In this document: positions 62,660-64,000 of the stretch, in pieces
How positions within the stretch are numbered: position 1 is the first letter of the stretch
Layout: every line of letters begins with the position of its first letter
Assembly: GCF_020745735.1 (NCBI RefSeq)
Contig: NC_083437.1
Location: 22,506,001-22,570,000, forward strand
Origin: Hemiscyllium ocellatum
Lineage: Eukaryota
Direction of reading: 5' to 3'
Length of the DNA stretch: 64,000 nt
The notes under the pieces: generated by a model
The model's database searches: none
What the model was told of the DNA's origin: nothing
Seen by the model: only the letters and a program-made list of their open reading frames with translations
Position numbers and translations under genes: made by a program

Positions 62660-63825
62660 ACTTGATTAAAAAGAGGTGCTGAATACTATTTAATTGAAGA
62701 AAAACTGCAAAAAGATACAGTACAAAGGAATTTGGGAGGCCTCATGTATAAATCACAAAAACTAGCAAACAAGTTCAGAAGGTAATAGGGACCACAAATG
62801 GAATATTGACCTTTATTTCAAAAGAAATGGAGTTTTCATATAGGAAGGTCTTGCTAAAACTATATATGGCACTAGAGTCATAGAGATGTACAGCATGGAA
62901 ATAGACCTTTCAGTCCAACTCATCCATGCTGACCAGATATCCTAACCTAATCTAGTCCCCATTTGCCAGCACTTGGCCCTTATCCCTCTAAATTCTTCCT
63001 ATTCATATACCCATCCAGATGTCTATTAAATGCTACCACCTTCTGTGTGAAAAAGTTGCCCCTTAGGTCCCTTTTATCTTTCCCCTCTCATCTTGAACCT
63101 ATGCCCTCTAGTTCTAGACTCCCCCAACACAGGGAAAGTTCTTTTTATCTTATACATGCTCCTCATGATTTTATAAACCTCTATAAGGCTACCTCTCGGC
63201 CTTTGATACTCCAGGGAAAACAGCCCAAGCCTATTCAGCCTCTGCCTATAGCTCAAACTCTCCAACCCTGGCAACATCCTTGTAAATCTTTTCTGAACCC
63301 TTTCAAGTTTCACAACATCCTTCTGATAGGAAGGAGGCCAGAATTGCACGCAATATTCCAAAAGTGGCCTAACCAACTAGTCAGACCACAGCTAGAGTAC
63401 TATGAACAGTTTTGGTTTCTTTATTGAGGAAAGATATATTGGCATTGAAGGCAGTCCACAGAAGGTTCATTTGATTGATCCTGGGTAAGGAGGAACTTTC
63501 TCATGAGGAGAGATTGAGTAGGTTGGGCGTGTACCGACTGAGTTTTAAAAAAATGAGGCAACCTTAGAGAAACATACAAAATTCCTAGAGGACTTGACAG
63601 GGTAGATGTCAGGAATTATTTACCACAAAGGGCTGTACAGAGTAATTTGGTAAGAAAACTCAGGCTAAGATAGACATTTTTAATCACTAAGGAAATCAAG
63701 GATTATGAAGAAAGGCAGGAAAATGGAGTTGAGGATTGTCAGATCAACCATGTTTTCATTGAATGGCGGAGCAGACTTAATGACCTACTTCTGGGCCTAT
63801 GTCTTATGGTCTTATGGATTCTATT
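62660..63825. mobile_element. Old plus-strand CR1 3' region interrupted by a minus-strand CR1 3' fragment (~62875-63376)
   Basis: ORF 63074-63376 (minus) has VRPLLEYCVQFW..TRGHRFK. The flanking plus-strand pieces LLKLYMAL and VRPQLEYYEQFW join up across the insert. Confidence 0.85.
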
Positions 63826-64000
63826 GCCACCGGGAATCACTTAAAAAATTCTGTCATCCAAAAATTACTTGGCTTGCTTTTACTGGAGTATGAAGGTGAA
63901 TCTGGTAGTCTATTAGCCATTCTAAGAGGGCTGGCAGCCATATTTTATACTGGGTCCCTCATCTCTGATGAGGGTCTCCCCCAGGAAGCTGCAAGCAAAC

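Noticed and set aside
63963-63990. CTGATGA-GGG-TCTC-CCC hammerhead-like start
   Set aside because: Not followed by GAAA and there is no PLE context; probably chance.

Overview
Vertebrate genomic DNA. The repeat content (CR1/HER1-type LINEs, V-domain HE1-like SINEs, Deu-domain SINEs, many Penelope-like elements) suggests a shark or other elasmobranch; this is inference. Three host genes were reconstructed by hand from splice sites. (1) Coding exon 1 of DDI2 (minus, 7137-7000; the rest lies left of the window). (2) A complete 11-exon DDOST/OST48 (minus, 26148-9373, 445 aa). (3) A complete 9-exon CASP9 (plus, 28805-51532, 416 aa), head-to-head with DDOST. The most striking non-genic signal is about 14 Penelope-like element (PLE) insertions from at least five sequence families. 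Most are fold-back (inverted) structures with a one-sided 30-60 nt tail and an 11-16 bp target-site duplication. Most carry minimal type-I hammerhead ribozyme motifs (CUGANGA-N-stem II-GAAA-CG-UH) whose stems covary between families. Highlights: a ~1.4 kb palindrome with a 1-nt spacer in DDOST intron 9; a 113-bp tail-plus-ribozyme micro-insertion in CASP9 intron 3; a retrozyme-like tandem array with hammerheads 393 nt apart; and a Neptune element with twin-priming-like inversion. All coordinates were read by eye, so repeat boundaries are approximate.
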